A DNA stretch of 47,366 bases. It comes from Nemertoderma westbladi. Taxonomy: Eukaryota > Animalia > Xenacoelomorpha. Positions 1-11,500 of this stretch are shown one piece after another; position 1 is the first letter of the stretch, and each line of letters begins with the position of its first letter. The DNA lies in the NCBI GenBank assembly GCA_032718475.1, contig JAUCBJ010003895.1:1-47366 (forward strand), written 5' to 3'. The notes below the pieces were generated by a model. That model did not search any database. It was not told the DNA's origin and saw nothing but the letters and a program-made list of their open reading frames with translations. The translations under genes and the position numbers were made by a program.

Positions 1-200
1 GCCTCATGGAGTAAATAAGCATGGTGGACAGCCCATGACTTTCTTGAGACGCATCTTAAAGGACACTGGCCTTAAAGATGCGGATGATCTAGCAAATGTC
101 ATGGGTGATAGGGAGTTGTGGCGGTGCAATTTTGTTGACAAGCCGGCACAGCATTCTTAAAAATGCAGCTGCAATGCAGCATGCCGATCCTAGTAGTAGT
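1..200 (+). mobile_element. 3' end of an RTE-clade LINE with (TAG)n tail, inserted in a fibrinogen-domain gene
   Basis: Nearly identical (about 5 mismatches in 200 nt by eye) to the 3' end of the RTE at 34397..34596; ends CCTAGTAGTAGT. Confidence 0.9.
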
Positions 201-298
201 ATGGGAAGGAGGATAGCGAGGGAGCTCATTGGTACACATTCACTGACCCTGAGAGCCGCGCACCGATGGAGAAAATAGAAATAAAGATCAGAATTTAA
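200..298 (+). pseudogene. C-terminal fragment of a fibrinogen-related (FReD) gene paralog
   Basis: Reads YGKEDSEGAHWYTFTDPESRAPMEKIEIKIRI*, matching YGVAGGEGPHWFTFTDPESVVPMEKIEIKIRV* ending at 21302; the 3' flank 299..720 is also homologous to 21303..21662. Confidence 0.85.
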
Positions 299-720
299 CG
301 AATCTACTATTAACTTTATAATTAGTATTATTATTATCATTATTATTACATTTTAATTCGCCATATAGATAGCATAGATTATATATAGGGGACCACAACA
401 CTTATAATTACACAATAATTGCACAATAATTAAGTAATATGTATAATATAATTAAACAGTAACGTATTTATATTATATATATAATATATACACCATGTCG
501 CGTAATATAGTGTCATTTTCTGAAGACACGGACCCCCCCCCCCCCAGATTTTTCTGCAAATCTTTATCATATTGCTTAGAATTTGAAACACAACTAGTTC
601 CGCGGTTGACCCCATGAAGCCGGAATTTTCGATTTTGCCTTCAAATTTTTTTTATAAGCGTTTTAAAAAAGTGTCTTTTGCGAAATCGCACCCTCCGTAT
701 CGTGGACATTCTTCACATTA

Positions 721-2839
721 TGTTAAACAACCGCGACACCTATACTAACAGCAGAACTGTTGAACAGACCAATACCCGTTAATATCCTTCTGCCAACCTA
801 ATAAGTTCTCGTCTAACCAATAAGACACAAAGACTGCTCTACTGTTAAGTAAAGGGGATCAGGAGCGTGCTATTACTAAATTGTAAGGGTTGCTAAATAC
901 AAAACCGCTACTTACCGTTGGATGGCGCTAATCTGCCGTCCGCTAATATATTTTACTAAATTTACACAACTCCTGCAAAATCGCTTGTTCCTTTCTCTAC
1001 CGATCGCTCGATAGAGAGCTAACTGTTCGAATCTATAAGCCACGCGGGAATAACCAAAACAATAAACCCGAGTCGGCTCCCTAAGCTTACTTAAGACGAG
1101 TACGAGGGGCTTTGCACTCAGAGTATATTCTTACGCCTAATTTTACTACTGAAATACGCTAATGCCTACGTCTTTTCTAATCGCGAATACTGAGGGTTCC
1201 CTAACGAAATGTGTGAATGCGAGAATATTTAAATAAATCAAAATTGGTACAGTACAATGTCTTTCGTAGGTGTTACCGCTCTGGGTCTAAACTTGCCTGC
1301 AGCTGGCTTTAGGCCAGCAACTTACTAGTGTCTTGCGTACTAACTATTGCGATCTAGTTTATTGCCCGCTAATGCAAATAACCGCTTAGCGTGAATAGTT
1401 TACGGTACTCTAAATTATTACCTTAGCTACTCTCCGCTATGCTGCGTACTAATTCTTAATTTTACTAATTAATTACAGTCACAAATATGTAACAGCCTAA
1501 AATACTGTATTACTTTGACCTAATCAGTAATTATTTACGGTAAACTAAGAGATAGAATCAATCAAAGGGAAAAGAGCGCCTATCTAAGCATTCGTAATCA
1601 TAGGCACACTTTAGTAACACACCAATCAGCGTCAGCAATCACAGATCACAATAGCACGACTTGCAATTATACAATCTGCAATTATATAATTCGCAACTTA
1701 CTTACGTACTTACCCACTTACTTACTGTAAGGTATGCAGGCCCCTCCCGGGTACATCTAGGCTTCCTAACTAACCCAATTCCTGCCCCCTAATACTAAAT
1801 AGAGACAAAACCTTGGATCATCAGCCCCCTAATTACTGTACCGGCGAGCGGTCTCCAACCCACAGTCCAAACTGCCCGACCGCAACGTTGACCCCCGCCA
1901 GCGTTGCCCGCTTTTGAATCCTCCGCTCTCCCTTAGTCGCCCAACCCCCCGATGTGCCCACCGCCCACTGGCGCCTTAGCCCTCCATTATGCTAATAGCT
2001 ACCGTAGCGGCGCATGCAAATCACAAAGTCTGACAGTCTCAGAAATCCCTTAGGATTATTGCGCAGAAAGGAATCACGTAGAACCATTAATCAAAAGGTA
2101 GAAATCATAGTTCAGTTGTAATTAGCAGTAATCGACAGGAATTAATTGAGAAACACAAGCAAGAATAATCGCACTCGAATTATTTTAAGAAACTAATCAA
2201 AATTAGCAAATTGCAGAAAATCAGTCAAAAAATACATAGGGACAGCTCAGCAAGTACAACAGCAATAAGTGGGGTGTCACATGGGGTTCTACCGGCACGC
2301 CGTCAATTTATAGGTGATCCGAGTGGGATGATGCAATAGGGTGACTCAATCGCTCTCCTATTGGCTCTCCAGTCCGTGCTAGCACTAGACCAACCTGGAA
2401 GCAGCTAGTCCAATAAGGAGGCCGGATTGTAGCCCTATTCCCTCAAATTATTACCATATATGGTAATGGTTCACGTCTCTGGCTGCTGAATGGCCAGGAC
2501 AGCGTCCCTATATGCTAGCCCTACTAAAGCTAATATCAGCAAGCACGGAATCCAGGGTCCGAATAAACTTACCCTGGAACTATCTACATATAACCTAATA
2601 CAAAATTACGTAGGTAGAGCTACATACTATACAAAATGAATGGATGCAAAATATATGGGCGTTTTAACTTCCTTACCTAAATACCACTGCGTTATTATGC
2701 CTTATCTAAAATATCATGCTGCACAATGGACTAATATTACGTACAGTATAACGGACTAATATTGCATACTGCATAACGGACTAATACTGCATACAGTATA
2801 ACGACTAATAATGTGGATACAGCGCCATATACCGTAACA
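721..2839 (-). repeat. 3' LTR of the BEL element (2119 bp)
   Basis: Same length as, and no difference spotted from, 14939..17057; preceded on the minus strand by a short purine tract GGAGCGG (2846..2840); AATAAA on minus at 1363..1358. Confidence 0.97.
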
Positions 2840-2984
2840 CCGCTCCAAGGGAAATCATACAATGTTTCCCTCCAATTGTAGAAGAGTATAAGGTGATGTA
2901 TACAAAACAAAATAAATTTCTTCCAACCAATCTAAATAACATAATAATTCTACTATTTACAAATATTGCCGTAGATATTGCATA

Positions 2985-3132
2985 ATGAATTTACATACAA
3001 ATTAAATTCACAAAATATTATCTCTCTCACTGTTTAACGATTATTACATACAAATTAAATTTACAAAATATTGTTTCTCGTTCGTACTACATAATGATTA
3101 CTACATACAAATTAAATTACAAAAATATTACT
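2985..3132. repeat. Three degenerate about 55-bp tandem repeats in the BEL 3' UTR
   Basis: Core TACATACAAATTAAATT..CAAAATATT occurs three times. Confidence 0.75.
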
Positions 3133-4117
3133 TCCTTTATTTATTTACAAATTGACTGTCTACCTATTGAAATGGAACATGGCTAGGACAATGTCCCCCA
3201 TTTCCCATCTCAAATTAACGATCAACATTAACAAGATAAACTAAATATAAACGTATTTGAATCTAAATTTTTAACTAAATTGCATTAAAGGCCGATAATC
3301 AAATTAAATATAAAATACGTAATAATTTCTTTCATTTTCGGACTTTACTTAATTTCTTATAAAAAACGCAAATCATATTGGTTTGATGATTGCTCAGGTA
3401 AGTGAAAGGAGTAAGCCAAACCCGCGGGTTTGTCTCCCCAATCACTTCCTTTGCCTCTTTCAATAAACTTTAGAGCAAATAAAGTCATATACACAAAATC
3501 AAATATAGTTAAAGTATTTACTATTTCCAATCGGACTACAAAATAAAAGTATTTCCTTTCAATATTTTTCGGCCTTCGAAAATAAAATTCTAAAATATGG
3601 ATACGACTAGTGTATATGAGTCCAGTCGAATGATTGATCAAAACCTACGATATACATCAGAGCGACGATGATGTATATATCTAGAGTCTGTCGCTCCGTG
3701 ATATTATAGTCTCATCGGCTAGCTCCTGGGTCTCTCGGGCTCGCTCCCCTCCCCAGATACACCAGTCTACCCCCTGTAGACTCTGTTGACGGCGTTCTTG
3801 AGGCGTCACTTCCCGGAACCGGCGACGACGTTCCCTGGGCACCGACGATCTCCCGACTGGTGCTCCTCCCTCGGCCTCGTCCCATTTGCCGTGTCCCTGT
3901 GGGCGCCTCCGCCAACTCCTCCTTCAACTTTATAGAGTGGAACTGCTCGTCCTTGGCTTGACGCTTGCCAAGGACTCCTCCTTCTGGTACATGCCGCGAG
4001 CTGTGAGCTCCGGCTGTTGTCGCTGTGGGCGCGGCGGTCCTGATCCTCCACTCGTTCAGAGGTCAATGACCCCAAACGAGTCTCCTTAGGCCGCCAATTG
4101 TGCGCTGGGTAATAATT

Positions 4118-4780
4118 CTAGACGTATATATCAGAGCGACGATGATATATAAAGGATTGGACATATTCGGGCTTAATAATGCGTTCGTCGAAACTTCCCG
4201 AAATAATTTGGAGTAAATATCGTATAAACCGCGGATCTTGGATATAGTTAGTAGACGGATGGACGGCGCGAATCTCGTCTGGATACTCAGGCGTGAGCTT
4301 CCTCTCCTGGTGAAGCGAAGTGAACGTGGTCCAGGAACTCGAGTCCCGTACCGCTTCGCGCCGCGCCTCTAGATCCTTATAGGCTCGGTACAGCGAAATA
4401 GCCGCTGCCGTCTCTATCAAACTGGGTGTCGAACAGGGTTTAATCTCCGTATACGGATCTAATGTCGTAACGGTCGGCGTAATGGGTCTCGGAGGTCGCT
4501 TTCCGCTGAAGTCGATACTGATCATCGGGTTGCTCATCGGGTAACCTCCCTCGTTATATCTAAGGAATTGGTGAGCTGGACATCGCGTTAATATCGGTTC
4601 TGGATGTTGCTCGTCTAGTCAGTCGGGAATCGTGGGTTTGTATTTCCCATTTAGCTCCATCACCGACCGCCCATGGTAGTAAACGTTCGAGTCTTTACAT
4701 CCCGGTCGCGCGAATGGTAACTCCGCCTCCTCTCTGGCAGTAAATCCTCTGCGCGGTTGCGCTCTAATATCCTTCTCCAT
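4118..4780 (-). CDS. Putative accessory ORF of the BEL element (53 aa + UGA + 166 aa; 220 codons if read through; 139 aa from ATG 4537), function unknown
   Basis: ATG at 4780 (ataATGG) is in frame with the 4118..4537 ORF; the only interruption is TGA at 4621..4619, followed by CTAG; GC-rich block in AT-rich flanks; no transmembrane segment, so not env-like. Confidence 0.5.
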
Positions 4781-5536
4781 TATGCCCCGCGTATATACAT
4801 ATATATCCCAATAAGTGTTCCGTTACGCAAACCAATTACACTGTGGGTAATCAGTTAGATGTCGCCGAAGGACAGACCTCCCGAACCCCCTCCGCCTTCC
4901 AGCAGTTCAGGTTCGACTCTCTAGATCCCGTCTCTTCCTAACTAACTATCCTCTAACCTATTCCCATGCATAGCGCAAAAACTTTGGAGATAAACTGGCC
5001 GTGACCAACTCACTTTTTGATGCCCAAACTACTCCCATTACTCCTACTAAACTACAGTAGTTAGAAAGGACCATAGCCACAATACTCGACTATACCAAAC
5101 CCACAGGTTTGATAATCGAACATCACACATCCTGCAAACTACTGAGTGGGGTCCATGTACGCCTCTGGTGCTACTAACCTTTAGCACCTTAGTTGCACTG
5201 TTGGCACCAATCTGTGGAAGTTGCTAAACTCAATTTACACTCCTACGTAATATAGCCGTCACCATGGTTTCTAAATGCTATTTTCCAGGCTTCACGACTT
5301 TTCAAATTACTGTTTATCTATAGACGAATTCTAAAACGCGTCTATACACAGCGTCTGGAATTGTCTTGGGTTCACTTTTCTAATTTTAAAATTTTAATTT
5401 TTCCAAAAATTTTGAAATAAAATTTTGTTTTGATACCCACCAGACAAAACTCAACGCAAATCACCACAACCCCGCTCCTATGCATTTCCTTGTATTTGCA
5501 TACGAGGAATGCATACGAAGTGAGTTGCGTCCAACA

Positions 5537-8500
5537 CTAATTCTGTTTTGAGGCAGGAGACAAACTATAATCTCCCGTCTCGATACGTGTCTCCTCTAAT
5601 AACACAATATCTTGGACCGGTCGGTCCAAGGTGTGTAAACCATTAGTTTTACACTTTTTTGGGTGCGGACACTTGCACCTAATTTTCACAGTGACTGTGC
5701 GCACTATGTTTTGCACGTCTGGGTGTGTGTGCAAGATCACTCCCGTCTCCCAATACTTTCTCTTGACAATGGGTTCGGTTATCAACACGTAATCTCCCCT
5801 TTGGAGACTCCGAACCGTTTTGTACCACTTTGTTCTGGTGGATATGGTGGGAAGATAGTATTCCCGCCAATATTCCCAGAATGTGTACGCTACTAATTGT
5901 GTTACTTTCCAGCTTTTACGACTATATAGGTCGGCACTAACGGGTTCTGATGCCGGCACAAGAAATGCTGGACTCTGCATTAGCAAATGATTCGGCGTTA
6001 ATGCAACACCGTCTGGCAACATAGCTATCGGCCTCGAGTTTAGGGTATGCTCGATTTCAATGAAAGCTGTAACCAGTTCGTCGTCGGTAAGTTGTTTGTT
6101 CACAGGCAATGTTTTGGCAATGGCCTGCTTCACAGAGCGAACCAAACGCTCCCAACTTCCTCCTCTCCAAGGACTCTCTGGAGTATTAAATCTCCATTCT
6201 ACTCTTTGCGGCAAAAGTGCTGCAGAAATTTCCTTATTCTGTGCCGCTTTATGAGCCGCGTTCAACTCGCTGTTCCCTCCGACAAAGTTTGTACCCTTAT
6301 CGGAGTAGAACGCCTTTACTAGTCCTCTCCTGGCCATAAATCTCTTCAAGGCCAGGAGCAGAGATTTGGTCGACATGTCTGCCACACGCTCGATATGTAT
6401 GGCTCTACTAGCCATACATGTCAGTAGCAGACCCCATCGCTTGTGGGTCAGCCGTCCACTCTTTGCTTCAATCGGACCAAAACAGTCCACCCCTGTATTC
6501 GTAAAGGGTGGGTCATATGCCTGCACTCTCGCTTCCGGGAGTTCAGCCATCTCCTGTTCCAATACTCTGGTGTTCACCCTCTTGCAAACCAGACAGGCGT
6601 CGTACATAGTGCCTACTGCCCTGCTTGGCTGCAATAGAATGAATCGCTGTCTCGCTGCCGACAGACAGTGTAACCTTCCCGCGTGATGCAACCTCTTGTG
6701 TATATCCCATAGAATCGCTCTTTGCAATTCTATTGGGTGACTAGGGATTATCACTGGGAACCTAAACTGTGAGTTTATGTCGACAGTCTGGATTCTCGAT
6801 CTATGACAAATTAAACCCTTATGGATTAATGGACTCCATTTTCTAAGGGGTTTATAGAGAACTGGTCGTTGAGCCGATAATAGATGGAATTCTTTAGGGA
6901 AGGCACACATCTGATAATGTTTCAAATGCTTTAATTCCGCTTGATCAATCTCATCCTCTGTCAGAGGTTGTTTCAATTTCCGAATTCGCTCACTATTGGT
7001 GCTCAATGGTTCTCTCAAATGTTTCGAATGTTTTAAACAAAGGTACAAAATGTATCGGCTTAACCACGCAGTTCCTTTACAAATTGTCAGCCAAGAGGCA
7101 GACGAATTTAGTAATTTGTCATAAATACTGCATGACTCTAATGCCAGCGACGGTTGTCCGCTAACCAGTGGAAGTTTCGAATCCAAACCCGCAGGTTTGG
7201 AAACCAAAGGATCCATTTTGTCGGTCATTTTCTGTCCGTCACTTACCAATTGTGACTCCGGTTTAGTCTGTAAGGGTGGTTTGATGTCATAACTTACCCT
7301 TCCGGACCTAGTAGTCACGTAAGTCTGTTGGTCTGACAGGTCTCCGGGCCGCTCCAATGACTCTTCAGGCCGCTCCAATGACTCTTCAGGCCGCTCCAAT
7401 GACTTAAGTTTGGCTTTAGACTTCGACTTAGAGACTTTCTCTACCTTGACTTCTGCATCTTCAGGCATCGGATTGGTCACAATCTTTAGTCGCTCTGGCC
7501 AATGTTCCTGTGTCCTTGTTAGAAAATCAGGTCCATGCAACCAAAACTCCTGCGACTCTTCCTGACAGAATTCCGCCGGCATTGCACCTCTCGAAGTTAT
7601 GTCGGCCGGGTTTAACACTCCCGGACAATGTCTCCATTGTTCCTTCGTCGAAAAGTCAACGATCTGAGCGCGTCTATTGGCCACAAATGTCTTTAGTGCA
7701 ATATTGTCGGCCGCAATGTATACTAACACCAAGGATGCGTCCATCCAATAGAATAAGGTCAATGTCGTGTCTAACTCCTCAATTATTTGCTTACTTACCT
7801 CGACCGAAACTACAGCCGCCTGTAACTCTGCACGAGGGACAGTCATGTATTTGACCGGCATTGTCTTTGATCTAGAAGTCACAAAAGCCGTCTCAAATTT
7901 GTCCTGACTTACCTCTCGGCGAAGGTAGGCTACCATACCAAAGCCGGTGTCACTTGCGTCACTAAATAAATGGAGTTCGAGATCGGCTGGAAATACCAGC
8001 TGATTCGGAAAGTAGGATCGGGGTACGTCTATGTTTTTCAATAGATGTAACTCGGCTTCCCACTCCCTCCACTGCTTTGCATGTATAGGAGATATTGGTT
8101 CGTCCCACTCTAAGTCGGACAACCAAATTTTCCTCATGCACGCTCGTGCCTGTAATATAACCGGACTGATAAAGTTCATCGGGTCAAATAGTCTACTTAA
8201 TGTCGATAAGCAAATCCTCTTTGTCAAAACTTTGTCTGGGCTACTGGGCTCAAATCTAACTCTTACCTGGAACTTGTCTGAGTTCGGGTTCCAAGCGAGT
8301 CCCAGTACTCGCGCCATGGGAATTGGTTCTACCCCCAATTCAATGTCTCCGCTCCCGCGATCTTTTACCGGGAACGATTCTAATAGGGCCTCCGAATTAG
8401 TAGTGAACTTGGTCAGAGGAAATCCCCCTGTAGCCAAGCACTCTTGCAGGCCGTGAGCCACTTCTATGGCTTGTTCCGCTGTGTCCTTGGACACCAATCC

Positions 8501-11500
8501 GTCGTCCATATAGAAGTTTCTCAAGATGGACTCGATTACTTCTACTGGATACTTACCAATCTGGGCTGTTGCCGTTTTCTTTAGAACGAACAGCGTGCCA
8601 TTCGGACTATCGCGGGCGCCAAATATCCTAACGTACATTTGGTATGTAACCACTGGGCCGGATAAGTCTTCATTCTCAAACCAGAGAAAGCGAAGGCTAT
8701 CCTGGTCTGCCTTACAGGCTCTTACCTGGTGGAACATCGCCTCGATGTCACAAGTAAATGCGAATCGCCGCTGTCTAAAACGCAACAGTATTCCAATCAA
8801 ATAGTTATTCAGGTTGGGACCATCCATCAACTCTGAATTCAGGGACATACCTCTATAGACTGCTGCGCAGTCGTTGACTACTCGGACTTTGTCTGGCTTG
8901 TCAGGGTGAGTCACATAGTGGTGTGGAAGGTAATAAGTCTGGTCTGTCACTAAGTCAGGGTCCTCTACCTTCCCAGCAAATCCCTTGGCGAAATAGTTGT
9001 TGATCTGGGCGCAATACTTCTCCCTAATGTCTGGATTCTTCAACAACCGAGCCCTTACTCCGTTCAATCTTTTCAAGGCTAAGTTGTAGTTGTTCTCCAA
9101 CTTAGGTGGTTGTCGACGCCACAACATTCCAACTTCAAAATGTCCAGTCGGTAGCAGACGTATGGTATCTTCCATCATCTCCAGCGACCGTTTTTCATCA
9201 GTAGACATGGCTAGGTCATATCCACCGGGTTCCATTGCGTCCCTATCCAGCCATTCGACGGTTCTGGCTCCTGTCTCGAGGTCCTGGCGTATCAATTCCT
9301 TCTGTAATTCCTCCTCACTGTATTGGAAAATGTCGAGGTCTCGATATTTAGCCACTTGACCCTCCACTATGTCGGTATAAGTCAAAACGTTACTTAAATA
9401 GGTAGCGTGGGCCGCTGAACCAGACCCACGGGTCTGATAACAGTAGTCCTCGGGTTCACTATCTGTCCGGTCGTTATGAAGTGGTTCCGACAACCTAACA
9501 TTATCGGGAATCAACTCCTCGTCCGACTCGCTAAAGTCACTATAGTGGTCAATACAGGTTCTCCTAAACTCGTCTATGTCTGGTGGTTCTACTAACGGTG
9601 GTTGAGTTATAGGCTGTAATTCGTCGTATCTGTCCATTGGCTTGTCGCCACCTGTAAACTCATAAGACATGGGTACTCGTGTATACCAACCTAATATAGT
9701 CCTGTGGGCATGTGGTCCATTGACATGCGGTTCAGCTGGTCTCGTTTCCCATATCTGGTGTGCGATCAGCTGTTCTGCACCAATCAACATAGAAACATTC
9801 CTATAACCTACCTGGTGTCTGGGTATCCTGAGCTTGTCAAAATACTCCTGTGCTATGGGACTCATCGGCGGCACCTTACCTAACTGCCTGCCGAATCCCT
9901 TCATAGCTAGACACTTAAATCCGTCCAATGGCAAAGCTTTCCGTTCTTGTCGAGTGTGTTGGTCTCTCGGAAGTAGGGAATCTAGTTCTACCGAAATTCT
10001 GTGTCCCTTGAGGTCTCCTACCCCATGCATAGACTTCAACTCTATTTGGATCTCCTCAGCGTTCTGGAAGCTAGAAACAGCTCTCGCCACTTCCTCGTCG
10101 ATATAGGATAATGTGGACGCAGTGTCCAACATCACATATATTCGCTTTGATCCCTTATCTCCAGTGAGTTTCACCGGAATCACGCTAAATATTTCCGACG
10201 TGGCCGATGATAAATACGTCCGCGCGCTGGTCGATGAACTATCCGCAGTGAAACCTTGGCAGGTCACTTCTCTCGCGCTCGACTCGCCATCTTCGTCCGA
10301 CGAACCTGGTTGGTAACCATCGTCCTGGATGCCGGTGTACGTATTCCTCCTTATCGATATGGGTTCTTTGCTCCCCTTCCTGTGAGGATTTCGCTGTAAG
10401 TAACGGTCCGTTGGGGTATGGAAATCCGCATGTAGCAACTTGTGATGTAGTCTGCCGCATTCCACGCATCCGTCCTTGCTGTTCGGGCACTGCCGCCGTA
10501 CATGACCTGGCGCAAGACATGCCCAACAGGTGTCCAACGTCCGCACTTGAACTCTTCTCTGTTCCGAATTTAATTCTTTGAACCGTCTGCAACTATCTAA
10601 CTTATGGTCGTCAGATCTTACCTCCTTTAGTAAACAGTATTGGCAACCTACAAATCCATCCGGCAACTCCTGTTGCTTTAACCTAGGTCTATCTAACCGC
10701 TCACCTGACCATACTCGCGAGTCTGATCTAAAGGCTGGGGTACTCGAATTATATCTGTCTACTGAGTTAAATGTCACAGTGGTCCTGTCATCGTCAAAAC
10801 TTACCATAGACTTACCGGTAACAGGTTTAGACTCCCTCATATTCTCTTCTGAGAAGTTTGATTTCATCTCTGCTACTGCGTCTGTGGCTATCATGTCATG
10901 AATATGCTGAAGTGTCAATACTTTACCTTGGCCCTCCAACTTATTCTCTAATTTGCGCCATTTCTGTCGGTAACGCATGTTTAAACGTCTTATTACGCTT
11001 TTCAAAACTTCGGCGTGATCACCATGATGAGGTAGATTCACCGTCCTCAAGATGTCCAATGCGTTCGAAATAGCGTTCGCTAAGTTCAACAGCTCTAACG
11101 GAGTTGTAATCCTTCCGCCCTTACCCAAGTCTTCTACTATCGACTGTGCCATCTTCGTTTTATTCCCGTAGATGTCACTAAGCGTCTTCATCGCTAACTC
11201 GAATGCCCTTTCATTGCCGACGAAGTTGTCAGCAATGGCTCTAGGTTCTCGATGGAGCATCTGAAGCAAATAGTTGAACTTCTCGTTGGGAGTAAAGGTG
11301 CTGTTGGTTAGCTGCTCGTCGACATAGGTTTTGAAGGTCCTCCAATGTTTATGGTTGCCCATAAACTTCTGGGGTTGTTGCGTCGGCAGTCCTTGCCTAG
11401 CAGCAAACTTACCTATGTCCCTAAGGGTTGCGTCGTTCCGGGTTAACAAATGGTTTAGTTCCGCAGGGTTGTTAAGTCTGGTCCTTTCCCGGTGGTTCCA

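Noticed and set aside
3650-3696. Hammerhead ribozyme (CTGATG on the minus strand)
   Set aside because: Lacks the full CUGANGA core and a correctly placed GAAA.
3357-4780. env gene in the BEL 3' region
   Set aside because: No long ORF, signal peptide, Cys-rich ectodomain or C-terminal TM anchor.
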